A stretch of 64,000 nucleotides of DNA from Eledone cirrhosa (taxonomy: Eukaryota): NCBI GenBank assembly GCA_964016885.1, contig OZ024742.1, positions 244,714,001 to 244,778,000 on the forward strand, given 5' to 3'. This document shows, piece by piece, positions 53,797 through 64,000 of the stretch. Within the stretch, counting starts at the first letter, position 1. Each line of letters begins with the position of its first letter. Made by a program: the position numbers and the translations under genes. The notes below the pieces were generated by a model, which saw nothing but the letters and a program-made list of their open reading frames with translations, did not search any database and was not told where the DNA came from.

Positions 53797-56232
53797 ATCA
53801 TCATCATCATCATCGTCGTTTAACGTCCATTTTCCACGCTAACATGGGTTAGACAGGAGTTGTCCCACTTGAGGCAAGGTTGGTTGGGTGACCATGTCTC
53901 GCTCATATAGGACTATCTGGCAGGTTTTCTACGGCTGGATGCCTTTCCTAACACCAACCACATTTACAGTGTGGAAGTGAGAACTTTTTACCGTGTTACC
54001 TACACGACCACATTACAGCGTGGACTGTGTGTTTTTTTCTCGTGACACCTACACGATCTTGATCTCGATCTCATTTTCTCATTTATTTGGACTGGATGTT
54101 GTGGTACCAACTTTATAGAGAGAGGGTGGTGTTGGTGGGAGTGGGAGGATAGGGTAGGGGTAGTGAATTGGGGTGTATATTTGGTTAAGAGGTGCCTACT
54201 GACTGTAGGTTTCACTTTGCACATAGGCAAGGCGGGTCTTCTGTATTACTGTGTAGCGCCAAAGATCTCGGTCCAGTGACATTGTCTTAGAGAGGTGCAA
54301 GTGTGTAAGGTCGGAATTTATCAGATCGTCCCAGGTTTTAAACAGCATCTGAACCCTCTTATTCCTAATTTCTCACTTAGTTCATTTATGCTTTGCCGTT
54401 CACGTATATTACTATTACACATCCAACAGAGCATGCATGCTTCGTTCCTTTCCAGTCTACGCAGGTCCTCTGCATGTAATGCCCATGTCTCACTGCCATG
54501 TAGCATTGCTGTTCGTATACAAGCATCATACAATCTGCCTTTCATTTTTTGAGAGAAACCTTTTGTGGCCAACAGCGGTATAAGCTCTCTGAACTTTTTC
54601 CATCCTATTCTGACTCTGGCTACTGTACTTTCAGAATACCCTCCACCACTGCTGATTTCTTCACCCAGGTAACGGAAAGTGTCTACTATTTCTATAGAAC
54701 CATCTGGGCAATAGAAGGGGCTAGTATCCTGTGGACTCTTGCTACCTATTGCACCTGAGCATCGGCCACATATAAAGTCTACGTTCTTAGATAGTTTACC
54801 TGTGATCCCACTACATCTTTTATGTACCCATACTTTGCATTTGGGACATAAAATTGAATTTCTGCCTATTCCTTTCCTACACACTGAGCAAGGCCATTTC
54901 CCTGAGGGTACCTGTGCCTTATTTTCCTTTCTACAAACTAGGACTTTAGTCTTAGACAAGTTAACTTTAAGGCCATGCTTCCATGTTTGGAATTTCTTTT
55001 CTAGTTCAGCCATTGATTCAGCTATAAGCGTTAGATCATCTGCGTATAGAAGTTCCCATGGGCAGCCGGCCTTGAACTCCTCTGTTATAGCCTGAAGGGC
55101 AATAATAAATAGGACAGAGCCTTGGTGAACACCAACTTTTACACTAAATTTTTCACAATATTCATTGTTAATTCTAACCTTACTGACTGTTTCATTATAC
55201 ATAGCTTGTATAGCTCTCACAAGCCATTCATTTACACCTAGTTTTCTAAGAGCCCACCAGATAATGGAGCGGGGGACTCTGTCAAAGGCTTTTTCCAGGT
55301 CTACAAAAGCTAAGTAGAGGGGTTTATTTTTAGCTGGGTACTTCTCTTGTAGTTGTCGTACAAGGAAAAGAGCGTCTGTGGTACTTTTACCTGACACAAA
55401 CCCAAACTGCATTTCATCTAGATCAATTCGCTCTCTGATTAGTTGCGCTATAACTCTTTCTGTGACCTTCATGACCTGGTCAACTAACTTAATGCCTCTA
55501 TAGTTTCCTCTATCTAGAGCATCTCCTTCACCCTTGTAGCAGTTAATGATGATGCTGCTACGCCAGTCTTTTGGTATGACCCCATTCTGTATTACTTGGT
55601 TACCATAGTAACGGGTGACCATAGTATGTCCCACCATTCCAGATGCCTTCAACATCTCAGCAACTATCTCAGAAGGCTCAACCGCCTTGCCTGTCTTCAT
55701 ATCTTTGATTGCCTTACTTATTATACTACCTTTAACTTGCACCACTGGTCCTTCTATTGGATCGATTTGGGGCAGACTATCTTTTTCCCACTTATTCTCC
55801 TCATTTAATAGTCTCTCTTAGTGACACTTCCAGGCTATCTTCTTATCAGCATCAGTGAGGGCAAGTACACCGTTATCATTACGGACACACTTCTCCTCGA
55901 CAATATCACGGTTTTCCTTGACACATTGTCTAGCAATCCTGAACACCTCGCGATTTGGTCCTCACGTTGTAGAACATGCTTGAACTTTCTTACCTCTGCT
56001 TCCCTTTTTGCAAGGTACACTTGTCTCCTAGCTTTTCTCCTGGCCACTTGATAGTGCTCTCTACTTCTCTCATCCTGCCATACTTTCCAAGCCTGCTTTT
56101 TGGCCTTGATTGTCTCTTCTACCTTACTGTTCCACCACCAAGTTACTCTCCTCCTGCCAATAGGTCTGCTCCAGCCACAGATTTCATCCGTTGCTGTCAG
56201 CAGGTTCACTTTCAAGAATTGCCACTGTTCCT
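53797..56232 (-). mobile_element. longest RTE/RTEX-like LINE copy (~2.4 kb, 5'-truncated)
   Basis: ORF 54321-55745 (474 aa) with NYRGIKL, QFGF, DLEKAFDRV, GVHQGSVL, YADD and an embedded C4HC3 finger; upstream RRVTWWWN region; (ATG)n tail. Confidence 0.93.
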
Positions 56233-56407
56233 CTATATATATATAATCCTTATCGAGCCCTCTTCGGATTTTAGTCTTCACATTTATTATTACTATATGT
56301 ATATATATATACAAACACACATATATATATACACATACACACACACATATATACATACACACATATATATATACACACACACGCATATATATATATATAC
56401 ACATGCA

Positions 56408-56481
<74 letters not shown>

Positions 56482-56563
56482 AAAATTGAGATGAGCAGAA
56501 CAAACAAACATTAAACAATTCCTTAAAAAAATAAAAAAATGATTTAAATATCTACCTGTTCTT

Positions 56564-56650
56564 AATGCTATTACCGGCGGTTTCACTTTACAAAAGATTA
56601 GAAATTCAGAGAATTTCTAGCGGAAAAGTAAAGTTCATCAGCTAGCTATT
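56564..56650 (-). ncRNA. type I hammerhead ribozyme motif, intact core
   Basis: AAUAGCUAG CUGAUGA ACUUUAC...GUAAAGU GAAA CCGCCGG UA AUAGCAUU. Confidence 0.75.
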
Positions 56651-56940
56651 CCCACTCTATAGGATCAAGTCCCACAGCCTGAAAATATAATGCCAACTAC
56701 CAGCTCGTATGAGTTATGGCCATTAAAGTAACCCACACGCGAACTGGCCGCTAATAAAAGCGGGAATATTACAGACTCGCTGCTGGCTTTGGTGCTAAAA
56801 AAATAGCAGTAAGCAACAATCAATTTTTTTCTCTACATAGATTGGAGAATGTATAAAATAAGGTAAATATCTCTCTGGGTACTAAAGCTGGTAGTAGGCA
56901 ATATATTTGCAGACTGTGGGACTTAGTCCTATAGAGTGGA

Positions 56941-57027
56941 AATAGCTATCTCATGAACTTTACTTTTCCGTTAGAAATTCTCTGAATTTCTAATCTTTTG
57001 TAAAGTGAAACCGCCGGTAATAGCATT
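56941..57027 (+). ncRNA. type I hammerhead ribozyme motif, core mutated CUGA>CUCA
   Basis: AAUAGCUAU CUCAUGA ACUUUAC...GUAAAGU GAAA CCGCCGG UA AUAGCAUU. Confidence 0.65.
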
Positions 57028-57215
57028 ATGAACAGGTAGATATTTAAATTATTTTAAAATTTTTTTAAGGAATTGTTTAATGTTTGTTTGTTCTGCTCAT
57101 TTCAATTTTTATAGTTCTGGTTTCTTAAATTAGTACCATCGAACAACAATTATATTATAGACACCCTATATATCTCTATGCGTACTTAGTACCCAGAGAG
57201 ATATTTACCTTATTT

Positions 57216-57288
<73 letters not shown>

Positions 57289-57951
57289 ATGTATGTGTGC
57301 ATGTGTATATATGTGTGTGTGTCTATATATGTGTGTATGTGTGTATGTATATATATGTGTGTGTGTGGATATATATATATGTATTTGTGTATGTGTGGGT
57401 GTATATATATATGTGTGTGGTGTGTATATGTATATGTGTGGGTGTATATATATGTGTGTGTGTGTGTGTGATTATATATATAGATATATACATAATGATG
57501 ATCATCATTTAACGTCCATTTTCCATACTAGTATGGGTTAGAGTTAGATGAGTTGTCCCATTGTGAGACAAGTCAGATTAGGTGACAATGTCTTGCTCAT
57601 ACAGAGCTGTTTCTGGCTTAGTTTCTATGGCTGGATGCTGTATATATATATATATGAAAAGCAGTTCAAAAGGTTCAGTAATTTGATGTCCATAGGTAAT
57701 CCATGGATGATTGGGTAGAGTCTCATGATGTCGGATAGATATCCAGGCCCAAATAACAGGACTCTTGGAAAGTCTGGAATGCTGGGGGTAGCAAGGAACT
57801 AAACTAGGTAGCTAGAAATGAAGCTAGATGTCAGTTTTAAGTACTCTTACTGATGCTGGAAAAAAAAAAAGAGAAGCTTAGAAGAGTTACTATGAGAGGT
57901 AAACCTGATTGAAAAACCAGCCGTCAAAGTTGACAGCAGTAGATAAAACAT

Positions 57952-58180
57952 TTAACCCTTTAGCATTTAAACCAGCCATATCCGGCCAGAATTCTCTCAC
58001 CTCTTTCTCTTCAAACTGGCCATAATGGGCTGCTCATATTGATGTTAAGATATTGTTCTCAAATTAAATAACATCAAAATCTCATAAATTCAATATTTTG
58101 TGAGATAATTATGTAAGATAAAGCCTTTACGACAAAAATAAAATAGTATATATAGAGTAATGTAAATGGTAAAGGGTTAA
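57952..58180 (-). mobile_element. piggyBac-type MITE copy (reverse)
   Basis: TTAA|CCCTTTAGCATTTA...TAAATGGTAAAGGG|TTAA. Confidence 0.88.
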
Positions 58181-58499
58181 GGTAGGAAAAACATCTGAGA
58201 TTGTTGTTGAGATGGTTAAACTAAAAAAATCAAACATGGCAATTGAACAGAATCATTGTAGAGTTTGAGAGAACTTTCCTGCCTGGCTTAGTATGTGACA
58301 ATCTCTTTAGTGGTGGTGTCATGTTAAAATGTTCTTGATTCACTATGTAAAGTGGTAGTGCTGATGTCACAAAAAAGGCACGCAGGTCACCCTGTAAGGT
58401 GGTTTATTATTAGGGAGGGCATCCAGCCATAGAAGCCATGCCAAATATGAAATGTAATGAGTAACATAGATTGCTTTGACATGTCTATACCCCCTTCCA

Positions 58500-58838
58500 T
58501 ACACCCACCCATGGCCCTCACCACCTTTACACTGTAAAGTCATGTTGGTATCACAAAAAAGCACCCAGCCCACAATGTAAAGCGGTTGTGCAGGTGTCAC
58601 TACAAAAAGTACCCCGCCCACACTGTAAAGCGGTTGTGCAGGTGTCACGACAAAAAGCACCCAGTACACACTGTAAATGTGGTTGGTGTTAGGAAGGGCA
58701 TCCAGCCATAGACACCTAGCCAGAAACAGTTCTTTATGAGCAAGACACAGTCACCTGGCCCAACTTGTCTCTAATGGGGCATCCCTTCTAACGCATGCTA
58801 GCATGGAAAATGGATGTTAAACGATGATGATGATGATG
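58500..58838 (+). mobile_element. isolated SINE/LINE 3' module with ~3 copies of the 48-bp unit and (ATG)n tail
   Basis: CACCCAGCCCACAATGTAAAGCGG units, GTTAGGAAGGGCATCCAGCC, GCATGGAAAATGGATGTTAAACGATGATG. Confidence 0.7.
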
Positions 58839-60576
58839 TCTAACCTCAAATCCTGACAATCCCCCAACCCATGCAAGTGTAAAATGAGGATGATGATGAT
58901 AACATTGAACTCATTGCCTAATTTATTTATTTCTTTTAATAAACTATTAAATAATAATTTTTCTTTAAAAAGGCAGCTACTTTTTGTCTGTGTGTTGATT
59001 ATAGCTCACAAATGAAATCTTTATAAATCAATGGGGTTTTACTATATTTGATGTCTAACCAAAAATAGTTACTGTGTTCATAATGTATTCCAATAAATTT
59101 TCCCAGATGCACATTTGATTTTTAATTTCATTGATCTGTTAGGAATCATCGTTTAAGTGATTAACAAGTGTAGCTGTAGGGTATTTCAAAACTAAATGTA
59201 GTAATGTCAATAGTATTAGTGAGAATGGAAAGGGTTCACTTTTGACTTTTAATTTTATGTGATTGTGATAAAGGCAATAGCGATGTACAGCAATATTACT
59301 GAGAGATCATCACTCCTCTAATTTTATTTTATTTTATTTTATTTTATTTTATATTATTCATATTATAGATTATTGACTAGCTAGCTAATGTCAACATTTA
59401 TTTGATTGTAGTCATGGAGAATTTATAAATGTTTTGCAGTCAATGTATTGATTGTTTATTGGTCTTTTCATCAATATATAAAGCAATGGAGAAATCTAGT
59501 GAAGTCTGTTAATTTGATGAAGGATTGCCTTGTAAAACCTATTGACCTTTCCAGTTATTTATTGGTGTGCACTGGTATGCTCCACTGTGCTTTAAAAGGC
59601 TTGTAGACTATTGGTATAAACAGAGAGCAAGGGGAGTGATAATTTATTGAAATGTAACTAGTAAAATGTTTTTTATATATGATTTAGTAAGCTTGAAGAT
59701 CTAATAATGTGACTTGTTACCTTTTATTTATAAAAGATTTACACGTTTCTTTTCTGAAATAATGTGAAGATCACTCTTGCCATGACAATATTTTTGAACT
59801 GCAGCACTCTGTTTTGTGTCAATGACACTTTTGATAAGAGGTTGTCTGAACTGGTATTGAAATGGCAGAAACTTAAACATAATGGCAATATTGACAGCAA
59901 ATATATGAAACTTTTATAATGGCTGGTTTTAGCATTTTGTAGACATTGCTGTAATTTATATCTAGATTATAATGCAATAAATTCTTTGCCACTTTCAATA
60001 AGCAAGAGTTAGCCAGTAAAGATGTGCAAGAAATGTATGTAGATGATAAAAACCATTTTCATTGGTGACGCTGCATATAAATGAAAAACATTAAATCTGG
60101 GGAAGCAATCATGTTTACTCTCTTTTTTTTATAGGATATTTATTAAAGGAATGTTGTTTTTTTTTTTTTGAGAAATCAGGAGGTTGTAAAATGTTCTCAG
60201 CTAAAATTGAGTTTTGTTCACCTCTCATAAGACATTGAAGAAAGGCACATTGTAAACAACATGTAAGGAAGACTGTAGAATGTAGCTGACAGAAGTAGTG
60301 TTGTTTATCATACATAAACCACAACAGATTTACAAGACAGTAAAAGAAAATAGCTGCATACTTAAAGAGAATTGTTATTATTGTTGGGTAACTGCAATCA
60401 GCGTTGCTTAAGCAGACCTATAAGTCTCCTGCAGGCTCATTTCAATGAAGTGTTTAAAAATTGTTTTCTTCCAAATTTTTGAAGCCATACAGAAGGATTT
60501 CAGAACTGGATACCCACAAAATCTTTTTCTCTCTAAATTAACATTACAATCATATATATATATATATATATATATA

Positions 60577-61260
60577 TAAACGGAAAAAATGAAACGAAAT
60601 TTCATTTCCCACTCTTAGTACGGCTGTTACTTAAATATAAGTATGTACACGTACATACATATATGTATACAGACGTACAGTAGTATGTATATATATATAC
60701 ATACATGCACACATATATATATGTACGTATGGCTTCACCGAACATTTATTATAATGCTCGGTGTGTTTGTAAACAAACATCCCGTATTAAGCCGTAGTGT
60801 CTAGCAACCATCGTTGCTCGTTTGTTCAACACTGACAAAGGAACGCTGTACTAGTTTCAAGCTTATTAGCTATCGTCAGCAACGTATACCTTCCTGCCAG
60901 ATTGTTGAACGTATATACTTACCTTATGCATATTAACGGCTGAGTAGCCCAATTTGCATATCGAGTGGGTTAATCGGCCGGGTGCACCGAAAACGATAAA
61001 CGGAAAAAATGAAACGAAATTTCATTTCCCACTCTTAGTACGGCTGTTACTTAAATATAAGTATGTACACGTACATACATATATGTATACAGACGTACAG
61101 TAGTATGTATATATATATACATACATGCACACATATATATATATATGTATGGATTCACCGAACATTTATTATAATGCTCAGTGTGTTTGTAAACAAACAT
61201 CCGTATTAAGCCGTAGTGTCTAGCAACCATCATTGCTCATTTTTTTAACACTGACAAAAA
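60577..61260 (-). repeat. 420-bp tandem unit (~1.6 copies) with hammerhead; retrozyme- or Penelope pLTR-like
   Basis: 60577-60839 is repeated at 60997-61260 (period 420); abuts (TA)n at 60552-60577. Confidence 0.85.
60843..60885 (-). ncRNA. minimal type I hammerhead ribozyme
   Basis: ACGUUG CUGACGA UAGCU AAUA AGCUU GAAA CUAG UA CAGCGU: 6-bp stem I, 4-bp stem II, palindromic stem III, GUA site. Confidence 0.8.
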
Positions 61261-61569
61261 AAGATTTGGGCACCAGCTGCTGAAGAAGTGTAATAGCTTG
61301 ATTGTGTAATATCTGCTGATAATACACAATTTTCTGCACATTGCACTTTTAACATTTGTAGTTGAGAAATATATAATACAGAAATGTAATCCGTCCAGGA
61401 GATACATAACGTATTTTTACCAAAACACACCCACTGCACTTGCTATTAACTAATATGTATGCACTCTGAACATTGAGATGTATTGATTCATTGAGTGAGC
61501 GAGTCACGCCCAGAGATCGATGAAATAATATCAATGATTTTCATAAACCTTGTGTATATGGTTCCAAAG

Positions 61570-63115
61570 TTGTTAGGCTGAGAGGATGAGCTCACACTGC
61601 TTAAAAAATGCTCCTCATGGCATGCGTCGCAAATAGCTTATGGCAACCAAGTCTAACTCCTGGCCTACTTGTGTGGCTTAATGTGTAAGCCCAAGAGAAC
61701 TGTCCCTACTGACAGGAGAAAGCAGGTTCTGGTGCCTTCAAACCAGTGCTCCACGTAGATGCTACTTGTCAGGCTAGGAGGGCTGTCAATCTAAGAGAAG
61801 GCAAACTCTGTACTTAAACCTCCGCTGCCTTACAAGTATACCCACTCATGGAAAAGGCTTCAGGAGTAAACTCCGAGGATAAATCTGGAGCTGGAGTCCC
61901 TAAGGCTGTTCGATATTATATCCAACCTCATTCTGGCAACTCGTGCAACCCCACCGGTGCCAAGTTGTATTGGCCTCTGCCTTCCCTTGGACAACACTGG
62001 TGGTAGAGGGAGGGGAGATGTGCTGCATGGGCAATTGCTGATTTCCCATAAAACCCTGCCCAGGCCTGCACCCTGGAGAGGTCACTCCAGCATCACCTCA
62101 CAGTGGCGGCGAAACAAGGTTAGCAGCAATCTACTGGTTATAAGTCTGCACATGATTAGCATATGAACAAGGTGCCAGGGGCTGCTTTTGATGGAGGGAG
62201 AAGTCATTGTGCCTCACTGGACAGCTACTGCCTTCCTCAAGTTGGGCAGCCCCCATTCAGTTAGATGCTGTCCCGCCACAGCCCAAGTGCTCCACTGGCT
62301 GCATGTGGCTTAGGGGTATTAATATACTGAATCATGGGCTGTAAACACTGCACCAAGAAAATCAACTAAGAAGCAAATAAAAGAACAATGTAAGAAACCA
62401 ACATTCAGAATTGGATGTTGGAATACACAGACCATGACTAACTGCAAACACCAAGATCGCTGTCTACAAGGTGTGTGTCCTCAGCATACTACTTTACGAC
62501 AAGACATGGAGCCTCTACTCCAGAGAGGTATATTAAGTCTCAATGTCTTCCACCTTCATTGCCTGAGACACATTTTGGATATCAAGTGCCTTCAAGCATG
62601 CCAAGATACCCAGCATATACACCCTGCTCAAACAGCATCATCTTCACAGGCTCGGTCAAGTATATTGAATGCCGGACAGAAGGATCCCAAAAGACCTACT
62701 GTATGGGCAACAGGCCACCGGCACAAGAGCACAAACAGGATCTCATTTTTGTTTCAAAGACGTCTGCAGGAGGGATATGTAATCAATAGACCTCGACACC
62801 CAGATTTGGGAGGTGGTTGCTAATGATCGCCCACAATGGTGACGAGTACTGTGCAAGGGGATGGAGTGAGGAAAGGAGAAACTGAAACTTGTCTCTGATG
62901 AAAAGCGTGCTCGAAAAAAGAACAACACAGTAGCACCAGAGCAGAGCATCTACAAATGCAGTCTCTGTATACAGGACTGCCACTCCCGTGTGGGCCTGTA
63001 CTGCCACGATAGACACTGCACTACTGTTAGCAGCTAACACAAAATTCTCCAGACGCAGATCCATGGTCTTTTGAGATCGATGGATGCCAATAATAATAAT
63101 AATGATAATAATGAT
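61570..63115 (+). mobile_element. internally deleted (bipartite) RTE/BovB-like element
   Basis: RTE-type 5'UTR and ORF start FRIGCWNTQTM joined near 62440 to the C-terminal part (TKIAVYK...YKCSLCIQDCHSRVGLYCH) and an (AAT)n tail. Confidence 0.8.
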
Positions 63116-63147
63116 ATTATATATATATATATATATATATATGTATA

Positions 63148-63642
63148 CTAGCCGAATTACCCGCGCCTTGCTGCGTTTCACACATTTTTTTTGTAAGAAA
63201 ATGATGATTGATTTTAAATCAGTGATATAATTTATGGAGAAAAACTCTGCATTTCAATATTACTCTGTAAAATTTAATGCATGAAAAATTGGAAAACATT
63301 ATTTTTTTGTAATATATCAAATCAAAATTACATTATTAAATCTTATTCTTATTTTGTTTCTTGTAAATAATTTTTTTCAAAATATCAATTCAAAACTTTT
63401 GTGAATAGGCATCATATCTTGTCATTTACCTATGGTTTAAATTTCATATAAATCAAAGGGAAAAATTTTCAGTGGGCGTTTGTGCTCCCAGGGAACCCTT
63501 TGATTAAAATGAAATAAACTTATCCAAGTACCCTGGCAATGTAATTTCAGAATATATATGGATATGGGAGTCTATCGCCAAAACCATAGGAGGAGTGTGT
63601 GAACAAACAAACTGACAGGAACTACAACTTTATATATATAGA
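63148..63642 (-). mobile_element. non-autonomous Helitron-like element
   Basis: Minus strand A|TC start, subterminal GC hairpin CGCAGCAAGGCGCG, CTAG|T end. Confidence 0.7.
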
Positions 63643-63770
63643 TATATATTTATTAAAATAACAGATTAAAGTTCAAGCAAAGAATCACTGCTTTCACCCT
63701 TATCGAGCCCTCTTTGGATTTTAGTCTTCACATTTATTATTATTACTATATATAGATATATTTATATATA

Positions 63771-64000
63771 GAGGGTGCGGACGATGTTTGTTCGCAAGAA
63801 AAAATAACACAGTAGTTTTATTTTTTAAGATATATTTATCAAACATGGGTCAGTTTGTCTTCATGACTTGTTCTTTCGATCTCACTCGATAAACCCGCCA
63901 TTGGCTTTCATGGCGGCCTCAAGGCGGCCTCGGAACCGGCTACAGGCCTTCGTCACTGTCCCCCGACTTAGGCCCCTAAAGGCACTTGTGATCCTGGCCT
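63771..64000 (-). mobile_element. second copy of the DD37D Tc1/mariner (3' end, runs off the window)
   Basis: TIR AGGGTGCGGACGATGTTTGTTCGCAA followed by the reverse complement of ~30555-30790. Confidence 0.9.

Larger units (their letters stand above)
56478..57220. mobile_element. inverted-repeat element (Penelope pLTR-like) with a hammerhead motif in each arm
   Basis: ~228-bp arms 56478-56705 and 56886-57113, plus a second inverted pair 56852-56885 and 57186-57219; microsatellite flanks. Confidence 0.75.

Noticed and set aside
16609-56232. Minus-strand bias of LINEs as evidence for a plus-strand host gene
   Set aside because: Several plus-strand LINEs are also present; numbers are too small
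55835-57541. Cys/Val/Tyr/His-rich ORFs
   Set aside because: Translations of (CA)n and (TA)n microsatellites; only the RRVTWWWN part is LINE-derived

Overview
AT-rich, microsatellite-laden animal genomic DNA, most likely an octopod cephalopod judging from the SINE repertoire (inference, no database search). No host protein-coding gene can be supported: the convincing ORFs are transposon remnants and the rest are low-complexity artefacts. The window is a transposable-element mosaic. It holds a near full-length but disrupted GC-rich RTE LINE (16609-20897, -) nested in a piggyBac-type MITE inside an older RTE; many truncated RTE/RTEX-like LINEs whose RT carries an in-frame C4HC3 PHD-like finger; about 10 copies of a TTAA MITE; a DD37D (maT) Tc1/mariner; a Helitron-like element; CRE-like RLE fragments; and tRNA-derived SINEs. 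There is also a candidate promoter/first exon near 11.4 kb. The most interesting signal is a set of minimal type I hammerhead ribozyme motifs in small non-coding elements next to (TA)n tracts: a 420-bp tandem unit (60577-61260) that looks like a retrozyme or Penelope pLTR, an inverted pair (56478-57220), and several fold-back or degenerate copies. All structures were read by eye and coordinates of degenerate elements are approximate.
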